Positions 20,177-29,690 of a stretch of 64,000 nt of DNA are shown here, piece by piece. Both the position numbers and the translations under genes were made by a program. Positions within the stretch are counted from its first letter, which is position 1, and every line of letters begins with the position of its first letter. Location of the stretch: IMG/VR virus record IMGVR_UViG_3300020172_001601, positions 248,001-312,000 of that record. One strand, 5' to 3'. The notes below the pieces were generated by a model, which saw only the letters and a program-made list of their open reading frames with translations, had not been told where the DNA came from and ran no database searches.

Positions 20177-20221
20177 GAAACGTCCGGGAGGCCCAGCACG
20201 TCTGCCTCCCGGACGTTTTTG
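20177..20221 (+). terminator. Intrinsic terminator
   Basis: aaacgtccgggaggc...gcctcccggacgtttt. Confidence 0.85.
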
Positions 20222-20300
20222 TTTGCTCACCAAGGGTACAAATGGGCTGAGGTCTATTGTACCCTAGTCGGCGTCAACGCAACTTTTCAAAGGGAATGAA

Positions 20301-20534
20301 ATGATTCGAGAAGCAAAGTGTATTGGTGTTGAGGGTGACGAAGACGGCGAGTTCAGTGATCTGGTCGGTACTTCGGGCAAGCTGCGGCTTGACGACAAGA
20401 GTACGGACAGTGCCGTGAACTGGTTCAATGGTGGTGGATCGGTCAACTTCACTCGTCGCCGGGTGGCTGAGAAGGATGGCGTGGTGAAGGTATTCACGAA
20501 GTTGGGGAACGTCTTCAAGTTCAGATTGGTTTAG
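20301..20534 (+). CDS. Hypothetical cassette protein
   Basis: Stop is the motif TAG. Confidence 0.7.
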   Translation: MIREAKCIGVEGDEDGEFSDLVGTSGKLRLDDKSTDSAVNWFNGGGSVNFTRRRVAEKDGVVKVFTKLGNVFKFRLV

Positions 20535-20634
20535 GTCCAGTGTACCCTAGCTGGTGTCGGAAAGAAAAAAAGAGATCGCCTTGAACCAAGTGTTTGGTTG
20601 GCTCTCTCGGATAGAACACACAGGAGACTTTACG

Positions 20635-22218
20635 ATGGCTGCGTTTTTGATGATTCAGAACCCCGGTGTTGCTCCCGAAGAGGCTTTCACTCTGTTGGGT
20701 GCTTCAACCAAGCGGGACAGTGAAAACGGTGCGACGATTGGTAAGTTCGGTACGGGGAACAAGCACGGTGTTGCGGTTCTGCTTCGCAACCAGTTGAGTC
20801 CTGTGGTGTTTGCGGGGAATTTGAAGCTGGAGTTCGGGACTCGCCAACAGCCGGTGAATGACGGGATCAAGAATACCGTCTTCAACCGTGTTGTGGTGAA
20901 GTTTGGCGGCAAGGACCGGGCGGGTGTATCACGTTCGGCGACGGAAGACCTTGGCTTCGTTCTGGAGCATGGGTCGGCAGACTGGCTGTCCGTGGATTTG
21001 GCCCTTCGTGAGTTCGTGTCCAACTCTTTGGACCGAGCTATTGAGGAAGGGGAAGTTCAGTTCGTCCATCAGTACATCACGTCCCGGTCCTTGGAGTTTC
21101 AGCAGGCTGCTGCCATCAAGGGATCGTATGAGAATCGGGAGATTGCCGATGCTCTGGCGATCTATCGCAAGACTTCGACGGACTACAAGAACGTCGTGGT
21201 TGAAGTGGTGAATGATGGTCAGGTTCGGGCGAAGGCGGGGCATACTCGCATCTTCATCCCGTTGACTGTGGAAGTGCTGGCCTTCTTCAATGATTTGGGC
21301 AAGTGGTTCCTGCACTTCAGCGAGCCGGAACTGTTGAACAAGACGATTCTGCCGAAGTCGAATCGTAACCTTGGGGATCGTCGGTCGGCTGTGATATATC
21401 GTCGTGGTGTTCGTGTTCGGGAATTCGAGTCATCGGATACGCCGAGCCTGTACGACTACAACTTGGAGAATCTGAAGCTGGACGAATCCCGTCGTGTGGA
21501 CGATTGGTATGTCCAGTATGAAGCGGCGGCGGCTTTTGCTGCTGCTGACGTGGAAACGGTGTCCCGGTTGTGGCAGTCGTTCCTTGACGGTCAGAAGTAT
21601 TGGGAGCATAGCTTCCAGTCCTATGGGCTGGAGACTGGCATCCACAAGGAAGAACAGAAGGCAGTATGGACGAAGGCATTCGAGAGCGTGGCTGGTGAGA
21701 ACGCTGTCGTCTCAACTGAGGAAGGCGGGCAGCAGGCTGCTCGTAAGGGCTTCAAGGTTGTGACTGCACCGCAGGCGTTTGTGCAAGCTGCCGAGAAGCA
21801 TGGGGTTCGCACTCCTGCCAAGGTGTTGTCTGAGGACGAACGGGCTGGCCGGACGATCTTCGATGCAACGCCGGATGCCGAGGCTGCTGTCGAGTTTGCA
21901 TGGTATTTGGTCAACAAGTACGGGGTCACGAATGGCAAGAACAAGCCGGTTGTGAAGACGTTCCGAAAGATCATGGATGCCGGGTCGCAGACGTTGGGGT
22001 TCTACAAGGATGGCGTGGTGTACATCAACCAAGACATTGCAGCGAGTGGTTCGCTGTCTCTTGGGTGGCATTCACTGACTCAGCAATTGCTGGTGACGGC
22101 AATTGAGGAAGTGGCACACCATGTCACGGGAGCTACGGACAACAGCCGGGACTTCCAAGACTTCCTGTTGAATCTGGTGGTCTACATGGCGAAGGAACTG
22201 TCAGGTGTGACGTTCTAA
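20635..22218 (+). CDS. GHKL (HATPase-like) ATPase with C-terminal zincin-like segment
   Basis: GASTK...IGKFGTG and ALREFVSNSLD; C-terminal EEVAHH; AGGAG RBS before ATG 20635. Confidence 0.75.
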   Translation: MAAFLMIQNPGVAPEEAFTLLGASTKRDSENGATIGKFGTGNKHGVAVLLRNQLSPVVFAGNLKLEFGTRQQPVNDGIKNTVFNRVVVKFGGKDRAGVSRSATEDLGFVLEHGSADWLSVDLALREFVSNSLDRAIEEGEVQFVHQYITSRSLEFQQAAAIKGSYENREIADALAIYRKTSTDYKNVVVEVVNDGQVRAKAGHTRIFIPLTVEVLAFFNDLGKWFLHFSEPELLNKTILPKSNRNLGDRRSAVIYRRGVRVREFESSDTPSLYDYNLENLKLDESRRVDDWYVQYEAAAAFAAADVETVSRLWQSFLDGQKYWEHSFQSYGLETGIHKEEQKAVWTKAFESVAGENAVVSTEEGGQQAARKGFKVVTAPQAFVQAAEKHGVRTPAKVLSEDERAGRTIFDATPDAEAAVEFAWYLVNKYGVTNGKNKPVVKTFRKIMDAGSQTLGFYKDGVVYINQDIAASGSLSLGWHSLTQQLLVTAIEEVAHHVTGATDNSRDFQDFLLNLVVYMAKELSGVTF

Positions 22219-22319
22219 CATCAATTGAGCCTGTGTGTGACGGACGGGGGACTGCCAACCCCGTCCGTTTTTTTGTTTATTGCGGTAGGTCTATTGTACC
22301 CTGGGTGGTGGAGGGACAA

Positions 22320-22577
22320 ATGAGAAAACGAATCGTGTTGAATGGTCGGAACGAATACGATGGAAGTCCATCGCATTACTGTTTTGATTTCGATGTCAAG
22401 TTCAATCGGCATGGCAACATTGAAGTGATTGTTGACAAAACGTCATCTTCGTTTGTTTCCTTTTTCCGTGCTGGCAAGTACGTCTTCACTCGGTCGGGCT
22501 TTTGCATTTCGCATCCTGCATCGGAGCGATATCGCTATCACAAGGTCAATGCCGAACTGGTTGAGAGTCACACATAG
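22320..22577 (+). CDS. Hypothetical cassette protein
   Basis: GGAGG RBS; stop is the motif TAG. Confidence 0.7.
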   Translation: MRKRIVLNGRNEYDGSPSHYCFDFDVKFNRHGNIEVIVDKTSSSFVSFFRAGKYVFTRSGFCISHPASERYRYHKVNAELVESHT

Positions 22578-22608
22578 GTACAGTGTACCCTAGTGGGTGG
22601 AGGATAAC

Positions 22609-22812
22609 ATGAAATATGAAAAGTGGATAAGAGATCATCTTTGTGATGTTCATTTTCAGAGCAATGGTTCTACGGGTGGTTGGACTGTTAAGACTTGGGT
22701 TGGCTTTGTGAATGGCTTTATTACAACGGAACATTTTGGTTCTTTGCCGCCTGTGATGGACGAAGTGGTTGAATCTATTCTTAGGAAGGTTGGAAGCAAT
22801 GACGAACGATGA
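22609..22812 (+). CDS. Hypothetical cassette protein
   Basis: GGAGG RBS. Confidence 0.65.
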   Translation: MKYEKWIRDHLCDVHFQSNGSTGGWTVKTWVGFVNGFITTEHFGSLPPVMDEVVESILRKVGSNDER

Positions 22813-23020
22813 ATTTGAAGAGTTGCAGTCTGAAGCTGGCGACTTGGAAGGTCAGTTGGACGAAGCGAAGGATCACTTGAGTAGTGTCACGAGTTGCGAA
22901 ACGCAATCGGACTTCAAGGCGAACCTTACTGAGCTACGGCAAACTCTGACTGTGCTATTGGCTGAAACCACTGATTTGTGGCAGCGTGCTGGTGGTCGTC
23001 CTGTTCGGAAAGCCAAATAG
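22799..23020 (+). CDS. Small coiled-coil protein
   Basis: Stop is the motif TAG. Confidence 0.65.
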   Translation: MTNDEFEELQSEAGDLEGQLDEAKDHLSSVTSCETQSDFKANLTELRQTLTVLLAETTDLWQRAGGRPVRKAK

Positions 23021-23044
23021 GTCCAGTGTACCCTAGAGGGCATC

Positions 23045-23374
23045 ATGCAAAAAACAATTGAAGGACTACAAGCGAAGCTGGACGAGCAGAAGCAACTGCT
23101 TCGCACCCTTGCGATGTGGGGCAAGGTTCAAGAGCAGGGCATCAATCCTGACGATGTTAAGTCGTTCGGGTTTGATCCTGCCTTGATGACTGCCCAAGAA
23201 CGCAACGAGGCACGCCGGGCGAATCGGTTGAACTACACAACCAACAATCCCTATGGCTGGCCGATCAGTCGGAATGAGGAAGGGCAGGCCAGGATTATTG
23301 GACTGAAGCACAACTTCGTCCGGTTGCACTCTGGCGAAAAGGTGAAGTTATCCCCAATGGTGGATCGGCCTTAG
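23045..23374 (+). CDS. Hypothetical cassette protein (near-leaderless)
   Basis: ATG 3 nt after predicted +1; stop is the motif TAG. Confidence 0.75.
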   Translation: MQKTIEGLQAKLDEQKQLLRTLAMWGKVQEQGINPDDVKSFGFDPALMTAQERNEARRANRLNYTTNNPYGWPISRNEEGQARIIGLKHNFVRLHSGEKVKLSPMVDRP

Positions 23375-23425
23375 CTCCAGTGTACCCTAGTGGGTGTTAC
23401 TTCAACAATTCACGGAGACTATGCG

Positions 23426-24040
23426 ATGAAGATTGGTGATACGGTCAAGGTGTTGTCTCGGAAGGCACTTCCTCCGGGGCAGGATGTGTGGCAACGGGGC
23501 AAGGTATTGAGTGTGCGGGACATTGATCCTCCGGTCAGTACCACGGTGTATAACATCGGTTTCGGCGAGTTCTCTTCTTATGAAGAACGGGAATTCGAGC
23601 GTCACGAGATCAAGTCGTATCAGGAACAATCTGATGCCGACTACAACGCCAACATCGAACGGGACATACCGATTGGTCTTGCCTTGGCGAATGAGGCATT
23701 GGCCGAGTTGCTGCCGGGTGAAGTGGTGGTGTTCAAGGATGCCGATGGCGAGTTGTCGGCATACCACGGTGGGGTGACGATCAGTCCAACGCAATACGAT
23801 CAACCGAAGATTGGTGGTTTGATTGAGCGGACGGGGTGGGAAGTCACGACATGGGATGTGCAACCTTCGACCCGGTGGCATCCTGAAGAGTACATTGATT
23901 CGCCTGTTGGGACGTTCCCGACGATTCAACGAGCGGTTCAGGCGTTGATCGAGACGATTTTCAAGTTGAAGGCGAAGGACTATTGGACTGCCAAGGCAGA
24001 TGCAGCGCAGGCCGAGGCATGGGCAGCGGGAGAGATGTAG
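23426..24040 (+). CDS. Hypothetical cassette protein
   Basis: GGAG RBS. Confidence 0.75.
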   Translation: MKIGDTVKVLSRKALPPGQDVWQRGKVLSVRDIDPPVSTTVYNIGFGEFSSYEEREFERHEIKSYQEQSDADYNANIERDIPIGLALANEALAELLPGEVVVFKDADGELSAYHGGVTISPTQYDQPKIGGLIERTGWEVTTWDVQPSTRWHPEEYIDSPVGTFPTIQRAVQALIETIFKLKAKDYWTAKADAAQAEAWAAGEM

Positions 24041-24255
24041 TGAAGAAGTTGACGGTATCGGTTGAGGACGCACAGCGGTTATTGTCCTCAACCGATTTTG
24101 CATATTTGTCAACATGGCATCGGGAGGAATTGGCCAAAGCATTGGCAGACCTTCCTCAACCGCCGCTTGTTGGCATTGGCATAACGGAAGATGATCGCAA
24201 GCTGACGATGTTGGACCATGCTTTCGCCGAGATTGGCAGACGGCGAACAAGGTAG
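24040..24255 (+). CDS. Hypothetical protein
   Basis: TAG/GTG coupling; stop is the motif TAG. Confidence 0.6.
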   Translation: MKKLTVSVEDAQRLLSSTDFAYLSTWHREELAKALADLPQPPLVGIGITEDDRKLTMLDHAFAEIGRRRTR

Positions 24256-24308
24256 GTCCAGTGTACCCTAGTGGGTGTTCCAACAACGAAACCTTTCTGG
24301 AGGATGCG

Positions 24309-24578
24309 ATGGCAGACAAGTTTGTTCAAGTGATTCGTAGTGATGGGGAGCCTGGGCCTTTGTATGGTCCTTACGACTACAACGAGGCCGAGAAGGTATT
24401 GCTTGCAGTATTGCAAAGCAACAAGACGGACAACGGCCCGGTGGAGATCACGGACGAAGTTACTTCTACCATTTCGACGGATGGATGTTGGTCCTTCGAT
24501 GGTGGTGGCGGGGTGTACATTGTCGAGAGTGAAGAGTTCACTCCCGACGAAGAAATTGATGAAGAAATTGACGAGTAG
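24309..24578 (+). CDS. Acidic hypothetical protein
   Basis: GGAGG RBS; D/E-rich tail. Confidence 0.7.
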   Translation: MADKFVQVIRSDGEPGPLYGPYDYNEAEKVLLAVLQSNKTDNGPVEITDEVTSTISTDGCWSFDGGGGVYIVESEEFTPDEEIDEEIDE

Positions 24579-24646
24579 CATTGAACCTAATCGTCAGGTT
24601 GCTCTCTAGGTGTTTGTGAAACCTTCCTTTCTTTGGAGACAGAAGC

Positions 24647-24841
24647 ATGTGGGACTTGGATACCATTGTTCGGATCAATCAGAAGGCTGCGGCTCAGGCC
24701 AGCAAGGGTTTGCCGGAGCGGGACGCCTTGTTCTTGGCGACTCAGACTCGTGACTCCAGCAAGCCGAATCTGAAGGACGAAGGCGAGATCATCAAGCTGC
24801 CTTCGCCGAAGCCGGTGGCTTGTGCATGTTGTGTTGGCTAA
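24647..24841 (+). CDS. Hypothetical protein
   Basis: Follows the TTGAACC-N14 motif; GGAG RBS. Confidence 0.65.
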   Translation: MWDLDTIVRINQKAAAQASKGLPERDALFLATQTRDSSKPNLKDEGEIIKLPSPKPVACACCVG

Positions 24842-24913
24842 CTTCTCCCCGTGGGCGTGGCACGATCTGTGCCACGTCTCACCCTGCGTTATCAACAGGG
24901 GAGAGGAAACAAC

Positions 24914-25306
24914 ATGAGAAGCCGAGAATTGGGAAAGATTGCGGTCGATGCTGGAGACATTGTTTGTTTCAGCATGGACAGCGTGATGCGTTTGGCTGAG
25001 AAGCTGGGCGTGTCTGAGGATACGTTAATCAAGCGATACAACGGTGTGGAATGCGGGTTTGGTGCCGATGGAAACTACGGCGTTGACTCCATGACTGCCG
25101 TTGATGTCGATGGCAAGACGTATTCGGTGGTGATGATTGGTGGTGAACCGGATAAGTTTTTACGCTTTCTTGGCGAGACTGATCCGACGTTCACTTCATT
25201 TTATCACGGTCATCCTCGCTATGCCGAAGTCGGCAAGGGCGAGCAGTTCAACCGGGAACTGTTTGACAGTATTGCAGCGGAGTACCGGGCGAAGTTGCTT
25301 GGATAG
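24914..25306 (+). CDS. Hypothetical protein
   Basis: GAGG RBS; stop is the motif TAG. Confidence 0.7.
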   Translation: MRSRELGKIAVDAGDIVCFSMDSVMRLAEKLGVSEDTLIKRYNGVECGFGADGNYGVDSMTAVDVDGKTYSVVMIGGEPDKFLRFLGETDPTFTSFYHGHPRYAEVGKGEQFNRELFDSIAAEYRAKLLG

Positions 25307-25355
25307 GTCCAGTGTACCCTACGGGGTGTGACACTGATTACACCTTTTACGGAGA

Positions 25356-25736
25356 ATGGACATGAAAGCCGAGTTACCAACGATCAGCAGCTATGGCAAC
25401 TACAGTTCAAGCAACTATGGTGCGCATACCCTGCGGGTTGACCTGGGACCACTGACTGTGTGGTTCAGCTACAAGACGCCAGTTGCCTTCCGAGCGCCGG
25501 GGACGCCGACGATTGTTCGCAAGAACGATTGGGGTGCCACGACGGGCAAGCACCTGAAGTGGATCGACGGTGAGACGAGCAAGACTGCCAAGAACCGGGT
25601 GGACGGTGAGCAGTTCGAGCAGTTGTGGGCGCAGCACGTCGAACCGTTGTTTGAGGATAAGCCCGCACCGGAGCCGGGCATCTTTGCTGGCATCGGCAAT
25701 CTTTTGAATGTGGAACATCCGAAGGACGGCATCTAG
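25356..25736 (+). CDS. Conserved phage hypothetical protein (FSYxTPVA...TTGKH family)
   Basis: Motif pattern recalled from phage early proteins. Confidence 0.7.
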   Translation: MDMKAELPTISSYGNYSSSNYGAHTLRVDLGPLTVWFSYKTPVAFRAPGTPTIVRKNDWGATTGKHLKWIDGETSKTAKNRVDGEQFEQLWAQHVEPLFEDKPAPEPGIFAGIGNLLNVEHPKDGI

Positions 25737-25924
25737 TGGTCGAGGACAAAACAGATTGGTGTGGACGGCACAAGGACAGATTTGGAAAGTCCGTCTACAT
25801 TGATCTGACTCTCAGTCACGATGGAACTTGGTCCTATTTCTATGATGGGAATAGGATCAAGAGTGGCATTCATGGCAAGAAGAATGCGATGGCAGAATTG
25901 CTTGCTTACATAAAGAGCATTTAG
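25736..25924 (+). CDS. Hypothetical protein
   Basis: Coupled start; stop is the motif TAG. Confidence 0.55.
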   Translation: MVEDKTDWCGRHKDRFGKSVYIDLTLSHDGTWSYFYDGNRIKSGIHGKKNAMAELLAYIKSI

Positions 25925-25979
25925 GTCCAGTGTACCCTAGTGGGTGTGACAGCCCACTGGACTTTGCGAGGAAGTGACC

Positions 25980-26411
25980 ATGACTGAACACTATTTGCGT
26001 TTCTTGGAAAACGAAGATGAAGCACAGATGACTGGCTACAAGTTTTCTGTGCAGGGCGACCGGGTGATTATCAGTCAGACGTTCCATCACTCGGAATACG
26101 AGACTGATCGTCCCAAGAACTATTCCAAGCCAGAAGCCCGGAAGTTTTGGGCGAGCCTTATTGCTTCGGGGAAGTTCGAGGAAGTTCGCCCTTCGCTTTC
26201 TCAGGTGTTGGCGAATGCCAAGTCCAATCATGGTTTCTTGACGATGAATGATTTGCGAGTCATCGCCAAGGAAGATCGGCTCAAGATGATTCTGGTCCGA
26301 ATGGGCAACAGCCGATTTTTGGCCCATGCCCAGGATGTGAAGTGGCTGGTTGATATTGTTCAGCGGGACGGCAAGGATTATGTCCGGGACATATCATTGC
26401 CAGCCAAGTAA
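25980..26411 (+). CDS. Hypothetical cassette protein
   Basis: GAGG RBS. Confidence 0.75.
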   Translation: MTEHYLRFLENEDEAQMTGYKFSVQGDRVIISQTFHHSEYETDRPKNYSKPEARKFWASLIASGKFEEVRPSLSQVLANAKSNHGFLTMNDLRVIAKEDRLKMILVRMGNSRFLAHAQDVKWLVDIVQRDGKDYVRDISLPAK

Positions 26412-26521
26412 ACCGTCTTCTTCCGAACGGGCGTCGGAAGCCGTGTTCACCGAGCGGGCGTCGGTGTTTTAGGTCCAGTGTACCCTGGTGGTTGTAACAA
26501 CAACCTTTTGCGAGAGAACAA

Positions 26522-27076
26522 ATGACAAAGCAATACAGAGAACGCTACGGCACGCATTGGGACATTCGCACCCCGCTGGAAGTGATAGCGGTGCTTGAGA
26601 CGGCCCGGCAGAACCGCACTCGACTGCATATCAGCTTGGGTTATACCGAGCATGATGCGGTTGAATGGGAAAACTCATTGGGCGACGAGAAGAAGGCGGT
26701 CGGCCTTGACTGGCTCGAAGAGTATATGAGCTATGGCTACATTGGCCGCAGCACGGGAAGTGTGAAGATACCCCTGTTGGTTCACAATGAGCGGAGCTAT
26801 GGTGGCGGGGCGTTGCTGGACCATTGTATTGTCCGCATTCGCACGAGTCGTGGCGGGCGTGTGCTGTGGCAGCATCCGAACTATCATCACGGCAAGATCA
26901 CGATTCACCGCAAGCCGATCCCTCTGGAATATCCGGGTGGCGTGTTGACGGTGGACGTTCGCCGGAATGGGCAGGAGCAGGCAGCGTTTAAGGACATGGC
27001 ATCGGCCCGGCGTTACGTCAACAAGCTGGGATTGAAGGCCGAGATTGTAAACGCTCTGGAAGCGGCCTTGGCTTAG
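26522..27076 (+). CDS. Conserved phage hypothetical protein (GYIGRSTG..KIPL...GG family)
   Basis: Recognisable motif; stop is the motif TAG. Confidence 0.75.
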   Translation: MTKQYRERYGTHWDIRTPLEVIAVLETARQNRTRLHISLGYTEHDAVEWENSLGDEKKAVGLDWLEEYMSYGYIGRSTGSVKIPLLVHNERSYGGGALLDHCIVRIRTSRGGRVLWQHPNYHHGKITIHRKPIPLEYPGGVLTVDVRRNGQEQAAFKDMASARRYVNKLGLKAEIVNALEAALA

Positions 27077-27127
27077 GTCCAGTGTACCCTAGTGGGTGTA
27101 ACCAACAACAACACACGGAGAGATACG

Positions 27128-27331
27128 ATGGACGCTGATTTCAAAGTTTCGGTTCAAGGCAGCATTTGGTTGTTCGAGCCGGTCACTGAGACTGCGAAGA
27201 ACTTCACCGGCACTGACCTTGACGTTCAGGGTTGGCAGTGGATGGGCAAAGCCTTCGGGGTGGATGCCCGGATTGCCAATGCCTTGGTGAGTTCTCTGGA
27301 AGACGAGGGCTTCGTTTTGGAAATCACATAA
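27128..27331 (+). CDS. Hypothetical cassette protein
   Basis: GGAG RBS. Confidence 0.7.
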   Translation: MDADFKVSVQGSIWLFEPVTETAKNFTGTDLDVQGWQWMGKAFGVDARIANALVSSLEDEGFVLEIT

Positions 27332-27355
27332 GGGGATCGCTTCCTCTTGTGTGGC

Positions 27356-27502
27356 ACGGCGGTACTTTAATGGCAGAAGGCGGCTCCAAGCAAGGTTCGA
27401 GTCCTTCTTAGGCTGGAGTTCTGGAGAGTTAGCTACTCTTTGGACCTCCCCCTTTGCATGGAGTACGGGGCGGCAGTGCGGGTTCGACTCCCGCTCGCTG
27501 TG
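27356..27502 (+). ncRNA. tRNA-like RNA with expanded anticodon domain
   Basis: Acceptor ACGGCGG/TCGCTGT, D-arm CTTT-AATGGCA-GAAG, T-arm GCGGG-TTCGACT-CCCGC; ~95-nt structured middle region. Confidence 0.7.
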
Positions 27503-27561
27503 TTTTTAGGTCTGGTGTACCCTAGTGGGTGTTACGAAACTTTCCTTTTGGAGAACGAACT

Positions 27562-28056
27562 ATGTTGAAGGAAGCCTGTCGCAAGGGCATGAAGGTTTAC
27601 TTCGGTCGGTCGAATGGCGAGAAGACCTTGGGTGAGGTTGTGAAGCTGAATCCGACGAAGGCCAAAGTGCGAACCCTGGAACAACGGGGCAATGGTCGTG
27701 GGTCGGCTATTGGCACGGAATGGGGCGTTCCCTATTCGATGCTGACGCCAGCCGAAGGTGAAACGGTGGGCATTGTTGTTCCGATTCAACGGGAGCATCT
27801 GACCTACAACCCGTTCACCTACATCGAGAATCTGATTCTCGAAGCCATCCTGTCCTGTTACAGCGGCCTGTCGCCGGAGAACCTGTCGGCTGATGGTGAG
27901 GCGAGCATCACGCATATTCGGACGACTCGTGCCAGACTGGAACGGCAGCTTCGGGGACTGCAAGCGGCCTATGGTCGGCAGGTAGACGAAGCCGAAGTGT
28001 ACGGTTGGGCAGGCAGCAAGTCGGCCTACGAACTGGCCCGCAAAAAGCAGGCATAA
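27562..28056 (+). CDS. Hypothetical cassette protein (SH3/KOW-like N-terminus)
   Basis: GGAG RBS; followed by a terminator at 28074-28105. Confidence 0.75.
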   Translation: MLKEACRKGMKVYFGRSNGEKTLGEVVKLNPTKAKVRTLEQRGNGRGSAIGTEWGVPYSMLTPAEGETVGIVVPIQREHLTYNPFTYIENLILEAILSCYSGLSPENLSADGEASITHIRTTRARLERQLRGLQAAYGRQVDEAEVYGWAGSKSAYELARKKQA

Positions 28057-28155
28057 GTTTGTGAAGGGCAGCGAAAGGCAGGGGTATATCCCCTGCCTTT
28101 TTTTGTGTCCATATTGTTTAGGTCTATTGTACCCTAGAGGGTGGAGGATAAGAAA

Positions 28156-28365
28156 ATGAAAAAGAATCCAACTGCGAGTGAACTGGTTGATCGACGAAAC
28201 TTGAACAATTACAAGCGATGGCTTCGAGGGCAATCTGCCCGTCTCGAAGGCAAGCCATGTGCTGAGAATCATGGGGTTTATTTGGACGGGTTTTATTCAC
28301 CCGATGCAATCATCCCGGATTTCTTGACTCACGACGAAGCGGCCCGGCTGCGAAGGCAGATGTAG
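28156..28365 (+). CDS. Hypothetical cassette protein
   Basis: Stop is the motif TAG. Confidence 0.7.
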   Translation: MKKNPTASELVDRRNLNNYKRWLRGQSARLEGKPCAENHGVYLDGFYSPDAIIPDFLTHDEAARLRRQM

Positions 28366-28408
28366 GTCCAGTGTACCCTAGTGGGTGTCACCTAACGGGA
28401 GAAGTCGA

Positions 28409-28579
28409 ATGTGGTATGTGATCCAAGATGACGATGGACCATTCCTGACGAATGAAACGCCTGCGGAAACAGATGTGATTCTGTTCCAAGGCACTATTGT
28501 CGAGGCCGAACGAGCCTTGCAGCGTGCTTGTGAAGATTGGGAATCCGAACACGACGACATGAACGAGGACTTTCAATGA
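28409..28579 (+). CDS. Small acidic protein
   Basis: GGAG RBS. Confidence 0.6.
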   Translation: MWYVIQDDDGPFLTNETPAETDVILFQGTIVEAERALQRACEDWESEHDDMNEDFQ

Positions 28580-28983
28580 TTTTTGTAAGCGTCACAAAGA
28601 ATGACGGCCAAGCCGTTGTTTCGATCAACGCTGCTCAGGAAAGGAAGTATTTTCCTTTGACGAAGCGGGGTTGTATTGCTGCGGGTAAGTGGCTGGCTGA
28701 GATCGGAGCGGATAGTTGGAGCAATAGTTCCAGCGTTGACTTCCCGAAAGAAGTCAAGCCTCGCTTCCGGCACAATGTTTCAGACCTGATGACTGAGGGC
28801 TTTCGGTCGGTGCCGCCTGTGGTCCAAGAGACTGTGGTTGGCGACTACGAAATTCGTGGCAATCAATACGTTGCGATTGCCATCAACGTCAAGAACCCGA
28901 AGGACTCTCATTACTTCGACCCCGATGTGAACAACAACGCCTTTATTCGAGCCTGTGGTTGGGCTTATGAACCGGAGGACTAA
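28576..28983 (+). CDS. Hypothetical protein
   Basis: GAGG RBS; ATGA overlap. Confidence 0.7.
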   Translation: MIFVSVTKNDGQAVVSINAAQERKYFPLTKRGCIAAGKWLAEIGADSWSNSSSVDFPKEVKPRFRHNVSDLMTEGFRSVPPVVQETVVGDYEIRGNQYVAIAINVKNPKDSHYFDPDVNNNAFIRACGWAYEPED

Positions 28984-29235
28984 ATGTCTTTTCCAAAAGA
29001 CGGGACAGTGTTAAATGGGGCATTCTGGCTAAATGGGGAATCATGGCTAATCATGGAACCCCAAAAGCCACTGAATGAATATCTTGCACAATCATTGCAG
29101 GAGCAGCGGCAATACATTGAACGCCTGACCAAAAGGGCAGACGCACTGGAACAATGGCTGGCTAGGTCCAGTGTACCCTCAAGGGCAAGGAGAACAAAAC
29201 ATGGCAAGTCCTTGGAACGTGGTGGAACTGGTTGA
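28984..29235 (+). CDS. Hypothetical protein reading through the motif (RSSVP)
   Basis: GGAGG RBS. Confidence 0.55.
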   Translation: MSFPKDGTVLNGAFWLNGESWLIMEPQKPLNEYLAQSLQEQRQYIERLTKRADALEQWLARSSVPSRARRTKHGKSLERGGTG

Positions 29236-29638
29236 GAAGCCGAAAGGCAGTGTTGGCATGAGTCTGGCTGAGGCCGACAAGTTGCTGCGAACTGCGGGAT
29301 ATTTGCAAGGTGATTGGGACTATTTGAAGGACTATCACTTTGCGAAGTACGTTTACTTCGACATCAACACAGTGGAAGACGTGGAAGCCTTCCTTGTGAA
29401 GCTGGACAAGGACAACGAAGACCATACGAAACCTGGGCCATTCCGATGGGGCTGCTCGAAGGCGAAGGGCATTCGGTCCTATTTGAAGAATGAAACATGG
29501 AAGAAGGACGAAACTTGGCTAAGGGCAGCAATATCCCACAATCGTCGCATCATTTGTTCCTGCCATGAGGGTGGGTCATATAAGCGACGGGATGAACTGC
29601 CGATTGGTCATCAAGAGAGGCCGTGGGGGATGAAGTAG
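29201..29638 (+). CDS. Hypothetical cassette protein
   Basis: AGGAG RBS; stop is the motif TAG. Confidence 0.75.
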   Translation: MASPWNVVELVEKPKGSVGMSLAEADKLLRTAGYLQGDWDYLKDYHFAKYVYFDINTVEDVEAFLVKLDKDNEDHTKPGPFRWGCSKAKGIRSYLKNETWKKDETWLRAAISHNRRIICSCHEGGSYKRRDELPIGHQERPWGMK

Positions 29639-29690
29639 GTCCAGTGTACCCTAGCTGGTGTTGAGAGAACGAACTCGAACTGGAGAAATC

